A stretch of 25,269 bases of DNA from a virus (Duplodnaviria; Caudoviricetes), in IMG/VR virus record IMGVR_UViG_3300032116_001212, positions 1 through 25,269 of that record, one strand, 5' to 3'. Below the pieces are notes generated by a model. The model had not been told where the DNA came from and ran no database searches. It saw only the letters and a list, made by a program, of their open reading frames with translations. Positions 1 through 8,089 of the stretch are shown piece by piece (position 1 is the stretch's first letter; each line of letters starts with the position of its first letter). The position numbers and the translations under genes were made by a program.

Positions 1-2
1 GG

Positions 3-233
3 GCTGGGGGCGCAGGAGGATCTCCCCCAGCAGGCTATGTCATAGGCGGGACCGGTGGGACTGGTGGGGGGCGCGGCGCAGTAGGCGCTACTGGCGGTAG
101 CAGTACGTCGCCGTCCGGTACTCCTATCGCACAAGCTACTGGAGGGGGTGGCGGGGCAGCAGGTAACTACATTGTTGGAAACCCATTTGTTACTTGGCCC
201 GCCACAGGAACACGGCAGGGCGGAGTTGCTTAA
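3..233 (+). CDS. C-terminal fragment of a glycine-rich tail fibre/adhesin protein (5' truncated by the window)
   Basis: Not in the ORF track. Open frame from base 3 to TAA at 231-233 reads AGGAGGSPPAGYVIGGTGGTGGGRGAVGATGGSSTSPSGTPIAQATGGGGGAAGNYIVGNPFVTWPATGTRQGGVA*. The Gly-rich blocks and the GGAAG..GN...W...G ending resemble the polyglycine C-terminus of T-even gp38-type adhesins. Confidence 0.75.
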   Translation, partial: AGGAGGSPPAGYVIGGTGGTGGGRGAVGATGGSSTSPSGTPIAQATGGGGGAAGNYIVGNPFVTWPATGTRQGGVA

Positions 234-248
234 TACAAAGGAAAAGTT

Positions 249-572
249 ATGAGCGCTATTTACATGAAAATCCACGGGTATGATGAAGCTTCATCGTCAT
301 TACTTGTTTCGTTTGCTTCCGATAAAACTAAGTACCAAGACCCAAGTATGTATCCTGCGTATGCGTATCAACCAATGAAAATGTGGCCTGATATTGAAGA
401 CATGGAAGTAATAAAAAAACGTATTGCATTAGCAGGTTTAAGCTTAACAGAAGACCAAGCTAGAGAAGAAAAATTTATCGCGGACCCAGTTAAAGTAGAA
501 CAATATAAAGATCTTATAGGTAAAGAATTTTCTTTTGACCCAGAAATTCTTATATCCGCAGGAGTTGTATAA
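249..572 (+). CDS. hypothetical phage protein (107 aa), tail-region associated
   Basis: ATG-started ORF fills the gap between the adhesin stop and the oxygenase gene; no recognisable catalytic motif. Confidence 0.75.
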   Translation: MSAIYMKIHGYDEASSSLLVSFASDKTKYQDPSMYPAYAYQPMKMWPDIEDMEVIKKRIALAGLSLTEDQAREEKFIADPVKVEQYKDLIGKEFSFDPEILISAGVV

Positions 573-574
573 CA

Positions 575-1138
575 ATGCCGATATATATCAGTAAACTTAT
601 ACCTCTTGAGTTTTGCCAATTTTTTACACATGTGTTGATGCGGCAAGCTGATATAGCACCGCGTGGGGATGAACAAATTCCTAACGCTAAAGCAATTATG
701 GATCACGAAGTGTTGTTTGAAACGCTACATGAAAGATTGTGGCCTACAGTGGAAAAAGCTGTCGGGGAAGAATTAATCCCTACTTACGCATATGCTAGGT
801 TATACAGTAATGATGATGTGCTAAAAAAGCACAAAGATCGCCCCGCTTGTGAAATAAGCGTTACGGTTCAGTTGGGTAGATCCCATAACTATGCTTGGCC
901 TATTTACATGGGCGACCAGCGATTTGATTTAGCTGAAGGTGACGGTGTTGTATATCCCGGTTGTGATGTAGAACACTGGAGGGACAAATGCGACGGCCCA
1001 AAAGATTATTACTCCGGGCAAGTATTTCTTCACTTTGTTCGAAAAAACGGGCCTCACAATCAAGAAGCTGGTGATAGCACAATACGTGATGTTTATTCTT
1101 ACGCAAAAAATAGAAGTTTTTTAATGGAGTGCAAATGA
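575..1138 (+). CDS. 2OG-Fe(II) oxygenase-like protein (phage type)
   Basis: PTYAYARLY...LKKHKDRPACEISVT gives an HxD iron-ligand motif; distal His in VEHWR; QVFLHFV beta-strand. This pattern is typical of aquatic-phage oxygenases. Confidence 0.8.
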   Translation: MPIYISKLIPLEFCQFFTHVLMRQADIAPRGDEQIPNAKAIMDHEVLFETLHERLWPTVEKAVGEELIPTYAYARLYSNDDVLKKHKDRPACEISVTVQLGRSHNYAWPIYMGDQRFDLAEGDGVVYPGCDVEHWRDKCDGPKDYYSGQVFLHFVRKNGPHNQEAGDSTIRDVYSYAKNRSFLMECK

Positions 1139-1737
1139 TTTTTCCAATACCTCCTCGAAATTCTGCTGGTAAAGACTTTATCGCGTACTGGGAAGGATTT
1201 CTTACCGACGCTGAAATTAATCTTTTACTTGCACAACCTGAATGGATGAGCGTGGAAAATGGCTGTATAGGCGATCAGGATGGAGAAAATATGATGGATA
1301 AAAGCATCCGGTCATCTCAAATTAACTGGGTCGGCGTGAAACCTGAGCTACGACACATTTGGGAAAAGCTTGCTATAGCAGTTGCCGAAGTTAATAGAAG
1401 GTTCTTCCATTTTGAATTGACTGGTTTTTATGAGCCGATGCAGCTTGGTGTATATCAAGGCGGGGAAAAAGGACATTATGACTGGCACATTGATGCTACA
1501 CCTGTAGATTCTTGTGCGCCCCGTAAGCTATCAATGGCACTACTGCTATCTGATCCTACGGAATTTGAAGGTGGGGAATTTCAAGTAAAAGTAGCTAAAG
1601 ACGTAACGGATACGCTGGAATGTAAACGTGGAAGGGCATGGTTTTTTCCGTCCTATGTTTTGCACCGGGTGGCTCCTGTAACTAAAGGGGTGCGTAGATC
1701 GGCGGTGCTTTGGGTGGGCGGACCGGAATTTCGTTAA
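1135..1737 (+). CDS. 2OG-Fe(II) oxygenase, prolyl-4-hydroxylase/PKHD-like
   Basis: GHYDWHID (HxD), RKLS, FEGGEF, FPSYVLHRVAPVTKGVRRS (distal His and 2OG-binding Arg). Start placed at ATG 1135 because of the ATGA overlap with the upstream stop, rather than at GTG 1129. Confidence 0.9.
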   Translation: MIFPIPPRNSAGKDFIAYWEGFLTDAEINLLLAQPEWMSVENGCIGDQDGENMMDKSIRSSQINWVGVKPELRHIWEKLAIAVAEVNRRFFHFELTGFYEPMQLGVYQGGEKGHYDWHIDATPVDSCAPRKLSMALLLSDPTEFEGGEFQVKVAKDVTDTLECKRGRAWFFPSYVLHRVAPVTKGVRRSAVLWVGGPEFR

Positions 1738-1759
1738 TAAACTTATTTCAGGAGGCAAT

Positions 1760-1930
1760 ATGAAATCATATTTTCTGGCACGGGCTAAAGAGCCATCAAC
1801 ATGGCGCGGTGCTTTTATGTTTTTAACAGCAATCGGTATTCCTATTGCGCCGCAAATGGCGGACGCTATTATTACAACCGGGCTGGCTATTGTTGGTCTG
1901 ATTGGTGTGATTGCTCCCGATAAAAAATGA
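1760..1930 (+). CDS. putative holin (56 aa, two hydrophobic segments)
   Basis: Below the ORF-track cutoff. GGAGG RBS at 1751-1755. Translation: MKSYFLARAKEPSTWRGAFMFLTAIGIPIAPQMADAIITTGLAIVGLIGVIAPDKK*. Two hydrophobic stretches, charged C-terminus, and an ATGA overlap with the endolysin start. Confidence 0.8.
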   Translation: MKSYFLARAKEPSTWRGAFMFLTAIGIPIAPQMADAIITTGLAIVGLIGVIAPDKK

Positions 1931-2439
1931 AAGAGAACTTTGCCGCCGCATTGCAAGCCATCTTGAAGCATGAGGGGGGTTTCGTTCACCACAAGCTCGA
2001 CCCCGGCGGCATGACCAATCTGGGCGTAACCAAAAAGGTCTGGGAAGAGTGGGTGGGGCACGTTGTTGACGAAAAGGCAATGCGCGCTCTGACACCCGAG
2101 GTAGTGGCTCCCATGTACAAGCGTAAATACTGGGATGCGGTTAAAGCTGACGAGATGCCGGACGGTCTGGACTACCTGATGTTTGACTTTGCGGTCAACG
2201 CTGGGCCGGGGCGGGCGATCAAGACCATGCAAAAAGCCATCGGTGCTACCCCAGACGGAGCTATCGGACCCAAGACCATGGCGGCATTAAAAGCTGCCAA
2301 TCAAAGCGAATTAGTGGCAAAATTCAGTGCAGAAAAAGAAACGTTTTACCGCAGTCTGCCTACGTTTGCGACCTTCGGTAAAGGGTGGCTGCGCCGCGTT
2401 GCGGAAGCCAAGACCCACGCTGAAACCATGCTGGCCTGA
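1927..2439 (+). CDS. endolysin, glycoside hydrolase family 108 lysozyme with C-terminal peptidoglycan-binding domain
   Basis: HEGG catalytic motif, DPGGMTNLGVT, Y...YW, FDFAVNAG, DGAIGPKT and FGKGWLRRV are all characteristic of GH108. Confidence 0.93.
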   Translation: MKENFAAALQAILKHEGGFVHHKLDPGGMTNLGVTKKVWEEWVGHVVDEKAMRALTPEVVAPMYKRKYWDAVKADEMPDGLDYLMFDFAVNAGPGRAIKTMQKAIGATPDGAIGPKTMAALKAANQSELVAKFSAEKETFYRSLPTFATFGKGWLRRVAEAKTHAETMLA

Positions 2440-2451
2440 TAAGGAACAACC

Positions 2452-4689
2452 ATGCCATTGCAGAAACTTCAATTCCGTCCGGGTGTGAACCGAGAAGGCA
2501 CTACATTAGCCAATGAGGGTGGTTGGTATGACTGCGATAAAATTCGTTTTCGTTCGGGTTACCCTGAGAAGATTGGTGGTTGGGCTGCACTGTCTTACAA
2601 CACATTTTTGGGCGTATGCAGGTCACTGTGGAACTGGGTAACGCTGAAGCAATACAATTTGATGGGTGTAGGCACCAACTTAAAATTCTATGTAGAAGAT
2701 GGCGGTGAATATTATGACATCACGCCTATCCGTGAAACTAACGGCAATACGGCTTCTGCTGGCCCACCAGTAGTTAATTTATCCACAATTGTGCTAACAG
2801 CCAGCGGAACGGTTTTAACTGTTTCGGATAGCGCCGCAGATACTTTGCAAGTAAATGATTTTGTTACGATTGCTGGCGCAAACACAATTGGCGGTGTGGA
2901 CGTTAATGGCGAGTATCAAATTGCAACAGTTATTTCTGGTACATCATACACCGTTACTTTAGCCACAGCTACTACGGGCACGGCTTCAAACGCGGCTATT
3001 ACGATTGCTTACCAAATCAATACTGGTTTTGCCACGTATACCATAGGCACGGGATGGGGGGCTGGGCCGTGGCCGCTTTATTCAACACTAACATTAACCA
3101 ACCCTTTTACCGCTTCCGGTACCGGAGTTTCGGTATTAACAGTAACAACTCCTAACCCACATGATTTAACCACGGGTAACTCGGTGTTTTTTGCAAGTAT
3201 TTCTTCAAATGCTTGCGGTATAAACCGATTAGCTTTGCAAAAAGCTTTTCAAGTCACAGTTACTGGCGCAAATACTTTTACTATCTCGACGGTAATTGGT
3301 ATTGCTCCCGGTCCGGTTATTACGTACACAACGTCTTCCACGGCAGCAAGTGGGGGCGCAGTCACGATGTATGTTCCGACGCCGCTACCTACTACTGCGA
3401 ACAATGTACGAAACTGGGGTTCTGGTTTTACCACTGGCTTTAATTTGCAATTACGTTTATGGAGCCAAGCTAACTTTGGCGAACGTCTGTTATTCTCCCC
3501 TCGCGGAAGTGCGCTATATGTTTGGGACCCCGGTTCAGGCGCAACCCCTGCGTACAACACTCGCGGTACAGTCGTTACAGGCACAGACGTACCGTCTAAA
3601 ATTAACCAGATTATGGTGTCGGATACTTCGCGTATTACGATTGCGTTTGGTTGCAACGACTACGGTGCTTACGACACTACGCCCATAGACCCCTTACTTA
3701 TCCGTTGGTCTGAACAAGAAAGTTATACAGGTTGGACGCCAGCCGCCACAAACCAAGCAGGTAGCTATCGGTTGTCTCACGGGTCTGAGATTGTAGGCGC
3801 ATTACAAACCCGCCAAGAAATTGTAGTTTGGACTGATGCGTCTATTTACGCTATGCAATATTTGGGACCGCCACTTGTGTACGGTTTCACATTGCTTGCG
3901 GACAATGTCTCACTAATTGCCCCCAACGCTATGGCGACTGCTTCTGGTGCTGTGTATTGGATGGGTGTAGACAAGTTTTATATGTACTCAGGCCGGGTCG
4001 AAACGCTGCCGTGTTCGGTGCGTCAGTTCATCTTTAACGACATCAATCGAGATCAAGAAGCGCAGTTTAACGCCGGTACTAACGAAGGTTATTCCGAAGT
4101 CTGGTGGAACTATTGTTCTAAGAAGTCAGATGTAATTGATCGTTACGTCATCTTTAACTATCTGGATCGCGTCTGGTATTACGGAACCCTTGATCGCACG
4201 GCTTGGTTGGACTCTCCATTACGCCCATACCCAATGGCGGCAACGGCTGGTAACATAGTTGTGTACCACGAAGCAGCGGTAGATAACGGTTCAACCAATC
4301 CGCCTACCCCAATCAACGCTTATATTCAATCATCTGACTTTGATATTAGTGACGGCCACAACTACGGGTTTGTATGGCGAATGATTCCAGATATTACTTT
4401 TGATGGTTCAGACACCACAGGACAAACTTCTGATAAACCTTACGTGCAGTTTACGGTACGCCCAAAACAAAATCCCGGTTCTAACTATGGTGCGACTTTG
4501 CCCCGTCAAGTAACCTCCGCGCAAAGCTACGCCGGAGAAACTACTTACAACGTGCAGCAGTTTACCGAAATTATTTATAGTCGGGTGCGTGGACGCCAGA
4601 TGGCGTTTAAAATTGAATCAAATAGTATTGGCACCCAATGGCAGTTAGGTGTGCCACGTATTGATGTGCGTCCTGACGGTAGAAACTAA
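2452..4689 (+). CDS. tail nozzle / virion stabilisation protein (tail tubular protein B-like, beta-propeller type)
   Basis: AAGGA RBS; N-terminus [15 protein letters not shown]...[13 protein letters not shown], internal LIRWS.QE, WMG..KFY.Y.G and EVWW.Y, and C-terminal RIDVRPDGR. These match the pattern I associate with podovirus nozzle proteins; size (745 aa) and position also fit. Confidence 0.75.
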   Translation: MPLQKLQFRPGVNREGTTLANEGGWYDCDKIRFRSGYPEKIGGWAALSYNTFLGVCRSLWNWVTLKQYNLMGVGTNLKFYVEDGGEYYDITPIRETNGNTASAGPPVVNLSTIVLTASGTVLTVSDSAADTLQVNDFVTIAGANTIGGVDVNGEYQIATVISGTSYTVTLATATTGTASNAAITIAYQINTGFATYTIGTGWGAGPWPLYSTLTLTNPFTASGTGVSVLTVTTPNPHDLTTGNSVFFASISSNACGINRLALQKAFQVTVTGANTFTISTVIGIAPGPVITYTTSSTAASGGAVTMYVPTPLPTTANNVRNWGSGFTTGFNLQLRLWSQANFGERLLFSPRGSALYVWDPGSGATPAYNTRGTVVTGTDVPSKINQIMVSDTSRITIAFGCNDYGAYDTTPIDPLLIRWSEQESYTGWTPAATNQAGSYRLSHGSEIVGALQTRQEIVVWTDASIYAMQYLGPPLVYGFTLLADNVSLIAPNAMATASGAVYWMGVDKFYMYSGRVETLPCSVRQFIFNDINRDQEAQFNAGTNEGYSEVWWNYCSKKSDVIDRYVIFNYLDRVWYYGTLDRTAWLDSPLRPYPMAATAGNIVVYHEAAVDNGSTNPPTPINAYIQSSDFDISDGHNYGFVWRMIPDITFDGSDTTGQTSDKPYVQFTVRPKQNPGSNYGATLPRQVTSAQSYAGETTYNVQQFTEIIYSRVRGRQMAFKIESNSIGTQWQLGVPRIDVRPDGRN

Positions 4690-5549
4690 TGGCTGGCAAA
4701 GAAAGACTCGACCCTACTAAAGCGCCAGCGCTACCGTTTGCGCCGGTTGAGTTTGATCGTGGGTATACAGATACGACGCATAACATTTTGCGGCAGTATT
4801 TCAACACAATAGATAACTTTGTACAGCAACTACTAGATAAGAGCGGTACACGTTTTCTTAGGGCACCTTACGGAGCGTTTCAAGATACAACGTCTCAAAC
4901 GTTGGCTGCAAATGTACCCACTGCGATGTTGTTTAATACAACAGACTACGCGGCGGATGTGTCGTTGGTAAGCAACTCCAGACTAACCGTTACTTACGCC
5001 GGAATATACAACTTACAGTGGTCTGGGCAATTCCAAAACGCAGATAATGATATTCACAATATATCCATCTGGCTACGTAAGAACGGGGCGGGGCCGGGGT
5101 CAGACATCCCGGGGTCTCGTGGAGTCATTTCTGTACCCGCTAGGAAAAGCGCAACCGCCGGAGATGAGGGCAAAATTATTGCTGGTTGGAATTATTTCGT
5201 AGAGCTTCAGGCGGGGGAGTTTGTAGAAATCTGGTGGGACACAGATAGTGCTTTAGTGACGTTGCAAGCATATCCAGCAGACTCCGCAGTGTTTACTGGC
5301 TCTATATCGGGTACAACGATGACAGTATCCGCTATGACTTCCGGCACAATTAAGCTTTACTCTAGCGTAGTGGGTACGGGAGTGGCGGTGCCTACTTTTA
5401 TAACCGCTTTAGGCACGGGCACAGGCGGAGTAGGAACTTATACTGTTGATACATCGCAGACCGTAGCTAGTACAACTTTGACAAGCACTTTATTCCCCAG
5501 CACTGCCTCGTCCGTAGTAACACTGAGCTTTGTATCGGCGTTGCCATGA
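4689..5549 (+). CDS. virion/tail protein with a C1q/TNF-like beta-sandwich domain
   Basis: YGAF.D...[19 protein letters not shown] and [11 protein letters not shown] resemble the C1q/BclA-CTD strand pattern; helical N-terminus; TAATG coupling to the nozzle gene. Confidence 0.6.
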   Translation: MAGKERLDPTKAPALPFAPVEFDRGYTDTTHNILRQYFNTIDNFVQQLLDKSGTRFLRAPYGAFQDTTSQTLAANVPTAMLFNTTDYAADVSLVSNSRLTVTYAGIYNLQWSGQFQNADNDIHNISIWLRKNGAGPGSDIPGSRGVISVPARKSATAGDEGKIIAGWNYFVELQAGEFVEIWWDTDSALVTLQAYPADSAVFTGSISGTTMTVSAMTSGTIKLYSSVVGTGVAVPTFITALGTGTGGVGTYTVDTSQTVASTTLTSTLFPSTASSVVTLSFVSALP

Positions 5550-5845
5550 GACAGACGCTTTACAAAGACGAAGAAGTGATCTTCCTGTGCGACTACTTAC
5601 GAGACATAGGTAAGGTGGCTTTGCACTTGAATATAGCGCCGGGGGCGTGGTCGCCGTCAAAGTTCAAAAGGTACTATAGTATTTTTGTTAACACTATAGC
5701 ACCGGAGTTAAAGGCGGAGGGGTACAATGAAGTTTATGCAACCCCCTTCGAGAATGACGTAAAAGCGCGTAAACTTATTGCAATGTTTGGATTACACGAG
5801 TATGGGCAAAACATGGGCCTCATACTAATGAAGAAGGAGATTTAA
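5546..5845 (+). CDS. small GNAT-fold-like protein (99 aa)
   Basis: ATGA overlap with the upstream gene. C-terminal [22 protein letters not shown] resembles GNAT motif B (N..A..L....GF). Confidence 0.5.
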   Translation: MRQTLYKDEEVIFLCDYLRDIGKVALHLNIAPGAWSPSKFKRYYSIFVNTIAPELKAEGYNEVYATPFENDVKARKLIAMFGLHEYGQNMGLILMKKEI

Positions 5846-5846
5846 C

Positions 5847-7679
5847 ATGCCTACTGCCGTAGCCGCTGGAATAGCTAGTACCGCTTTATCTGCTCCTGTT
5901 GTAGCGGGGGGATTGGGTGCTTTAGGAACTGGTCTTGTCGCTGGCTCTACTTTAGCCGGTGGTGCCGGTATTTTTTCCAACTTTATGGCGGGGGCTGCGC
6001 CGGGCCTTACAGGTACGTTAGGGGGCGCAGCAATGACTCCTACTATCGCCTCTTTGGCTCCCGCCGCTACGGCACAGGCCATGGGTCCCTCGATGCTTCA
6101 GTCAGCAGGATTAGATGCGCTCAAATCACAGGCAATAGGTGGCGGCGTCCAACAAGCAGCGGCACAGCAGGCATCTAACTTGGCGTTTCAACAAGCGGCA
6201 GCACAAAACATGGCAGGGGGGTTAGCAAGCCCAATGTCGCAAATGGGGGCTAAGTTTTTAACTCAATCCCAAGCTGCCGGAATGCCTATTGCAAACGCGA
6301 GTAACATTAATTTTTTAAATTCAGCAACTGCTGGTGGAAATGTAATGCCAGCAGAAACACTTGGTTCTCAAGTAGCAACCACTAGTCCCTACGACTTATC
6401 CGCAGGGTTTAGACAAGGACTTGACCCAAGAGTGCTGCAACAACCAAGTTTGTCCAACCCCACAGTATCCCCATTAAACACTACACAAGCTGCTAACCCC
6501 GCCGACATCGTGGGTCGCTCAATCCGTCCCAATCAAAACTTTGTGCAGAATCTTGGCAATATTAGTTCGTTCCAAGACGTAAAAGACTACGCTTCAGAGC
6601 ACCCCTACGCTACAAGTGCTATGGCCGGGCTTGGTGCTATGGGGCTTGCAAAAATGATGGAGCAAAAGAAAGTTCCAAAACCTGAAGACAAAGCAATGAT
6701 CCGCCCGTATACGTATGAGCGCACCCAACGCCCTGAAGCGTATGCAACTAGCCCCGGCATGGATTCTAGTGAACGCTTGTATTTTAACGATCAATTTATA
6801 GCTGGCGAGCCCTATAAAGCAGCAGAAGGCGGAATAGCTGCGGCATACGCAATAGGGGGGCAAGTCGAACAAATGGCCGCGATGAATGCAGTCGGTCAAA
6901 ACACAGGTTACCCCATGGCAAACCTGCAAACTCCTATGTATTCCAATCCAGCAATACAACGGCCTGAAGCCACAAACATTATTGCTCCGTCTGTAGACGC
7001 TGGTGTAAATGCGTATAGCGGGGAGCCAAGGTTTGCCCAAGGAGGTGGAACAAAAACAGAAGGGGAGTATAAGTACTCGTACGATCCACAAACCATGCAG
7101 TTTACTCAGGCAACCGCCCCTGTCACGAGGACGATAGTACGTAACATAATGACAGCTCCTACAGGCGAGTACACCGCAGGGCCTGTTACTAATACAGGCG
7201 CAAAAATATCTGGCGGTATCACTACTCCTGCTATGGGGCCAATGCAACCCCAGCAAGCTACGCGAATTAATGTTCCTGCGTATCAAAGCCCTGAACAGCA
7301 ATTGGGTCTAGGTGGGTTTTACGACTACATGAATCAGCAGTTGGCCGGTTATGGTGGTTACGCTGCGGGCGGCAATGTTGGTGGGGGCATATCCCATTTG
7401 GGGGATTACTCTGATGGCGGTCGTTTATTGAAAGGACCCGGCGATGGAGTTTCGGATTCTATCCCTGCTGTTATTGGTAAGCGGCAACCTGCTCGTCTTG
7501 CTGATGGTGAATTTGTGGTTCCCGCACGTATTGTGTCCGAACTTGGAAACGGTTCCACTGAAGCCGGTGCCCGTAAGCTCTACGCGATGATGGAACGAGT
7601 GCAAGCTTCGCGCAAAAAAAGCATAGGCAAGAAAAAAGTCGCAGTAAACAGTAAAGCCGATAACCATTTACCAGCGTAA
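5847..7679 (+). CDS. internal virion/ejection-type protein (610 aa)
   Basis: GAAGGAG RBS; hydrophobic Ala/Gly-rich N-terminus; Gln/Ala/Met-rich body; repeated xAxGG motifs; C-terminal GPGDGVSDSIPA...LADGEFVVPA module. Confidence 0.65.
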   Translation: MPTAVAAGIASTALSAPVVAGGLGALGTGLVAGSTLAGGAGIFSNFMAGAAPGLTGTLGGAAMTPTIASLAPAATAQAMGPSMLQSAGLDALKSQAIGGGVQQAAAQQASNLAFQQAAAQNMAGGLASPMSQMGAKFLTQSQAAGMPIANASNINFLNSATAGGNVMPAETLGSQVATTSPYDLSAGFRQGLDPRVLQQPSLSNPTVSPLNTTQAANPADIVGRSIRPNQNFVQNLGNISSFQDVKDYASEHPYATSAMAGLGAMGLAKMMEQKKVPKPEDKAMIRPYTYERTQRPEAYATSPGMDSSERLYFNDQFIAGEPYKAAEGGIAAAYAIGGQVEQMAAMNAVGQNTGYPMANLQTPMYSNPAIQRPEATNIIAPSVDAGVNAYSGEPRFAQGGGTKTEGEYKYSYDPQTMQFTQATAPVTRTIVRNIMTAPTGEYTAGPVTNTGAKISGGITTPAMGPMQPQQATRINVPAYQSPEQQLGLGGFYDYMNQQLAGYGGYAAGGNVGGGISHLGDYSDGGRLLKGPGDGVSDSIPAVIGKRQPARLADGEFVVPARIVSELGNGSTEAGARKLYAMMERVQASRKKSIGKKKVAVNSKADNHLPA

Positions 7680-7681
7680 AG

Positions 7682-8089
7682 ATGCCCCTATACCAGATTA
7701 CTTCGGCGCAGTTACCCCAAGTGTGGCCTGTTGTTGCGCCAATGTTGCAAAGAGCAATTGATTTAGACCCCGAGTTAGTAACCTCGGAACAAGTTGAATA
7801 CGCAATACGTACAGGGCGCACTTATTTATTAATTTGGGATGAACCGGACGAAGGCATTACTGGCGCAGTTACGGTAGATATTATTGACTACCCACGCGAG
7901 CGTGTAGCACATGTAAATTTAATGGGTGGTAAAGGCATAGTGCGTCCGCATGTGTTTGACGAAGCTAAGAATTGGATGCGTCTAATGGGCGCTACTACTG
8001 CACAGTGTTGGGCTAAAGGTACCTTAGTTCAAATGTATGAAAAAATGGGTATGACCAACACTCATCAGGTAATGAGGGAAAAATTATGA
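7682..8089 (+). CDS. GNAT-fold-like virion morphogenesis protein (135 aa; positional analogue of T7 gp13)
   Basis: VWP.VAPML.RA, GAVTVDIIDYP...AHV..MGG, W.R.MGA...Q and MYEKMG give a GNAT-like pattern; lies immediately upstream of an internal virion gene. Confidence 0.55.
   Translation: MPLYQITSAQLPQVWPVVAPMLQRAIDLDPELVTSEQVEYAIRTGRTYLLIWDEPDEGITGAVTVDIIDYPRERVAHVNLMGGKGIVRPHVFDEAKNWMRLMGATTAQCWAKGTLVQMYEKMGMTNTHQVMREKL

Noticed and set aside
3-233. Collagen-like repeat as the prolyl-hydroxylase substrate
   Set aside because: Glycines occur in runs and GGx blocks rather than a sustained Gly-X-Y register.
1546-2232. 228-aa - strand ORF
   Set aside because: Shadow of the oxygenase, holin and endolysin genes, which have clear motifs and RBSs.
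5847-7679. Tape measure protein implying a long-tailed phage
   Set aside because: Only the short C-terminal module matches; no tail tube, chaperone or baseplate genes are seen, and gene order fits a podovirus nozzle/ejection block.
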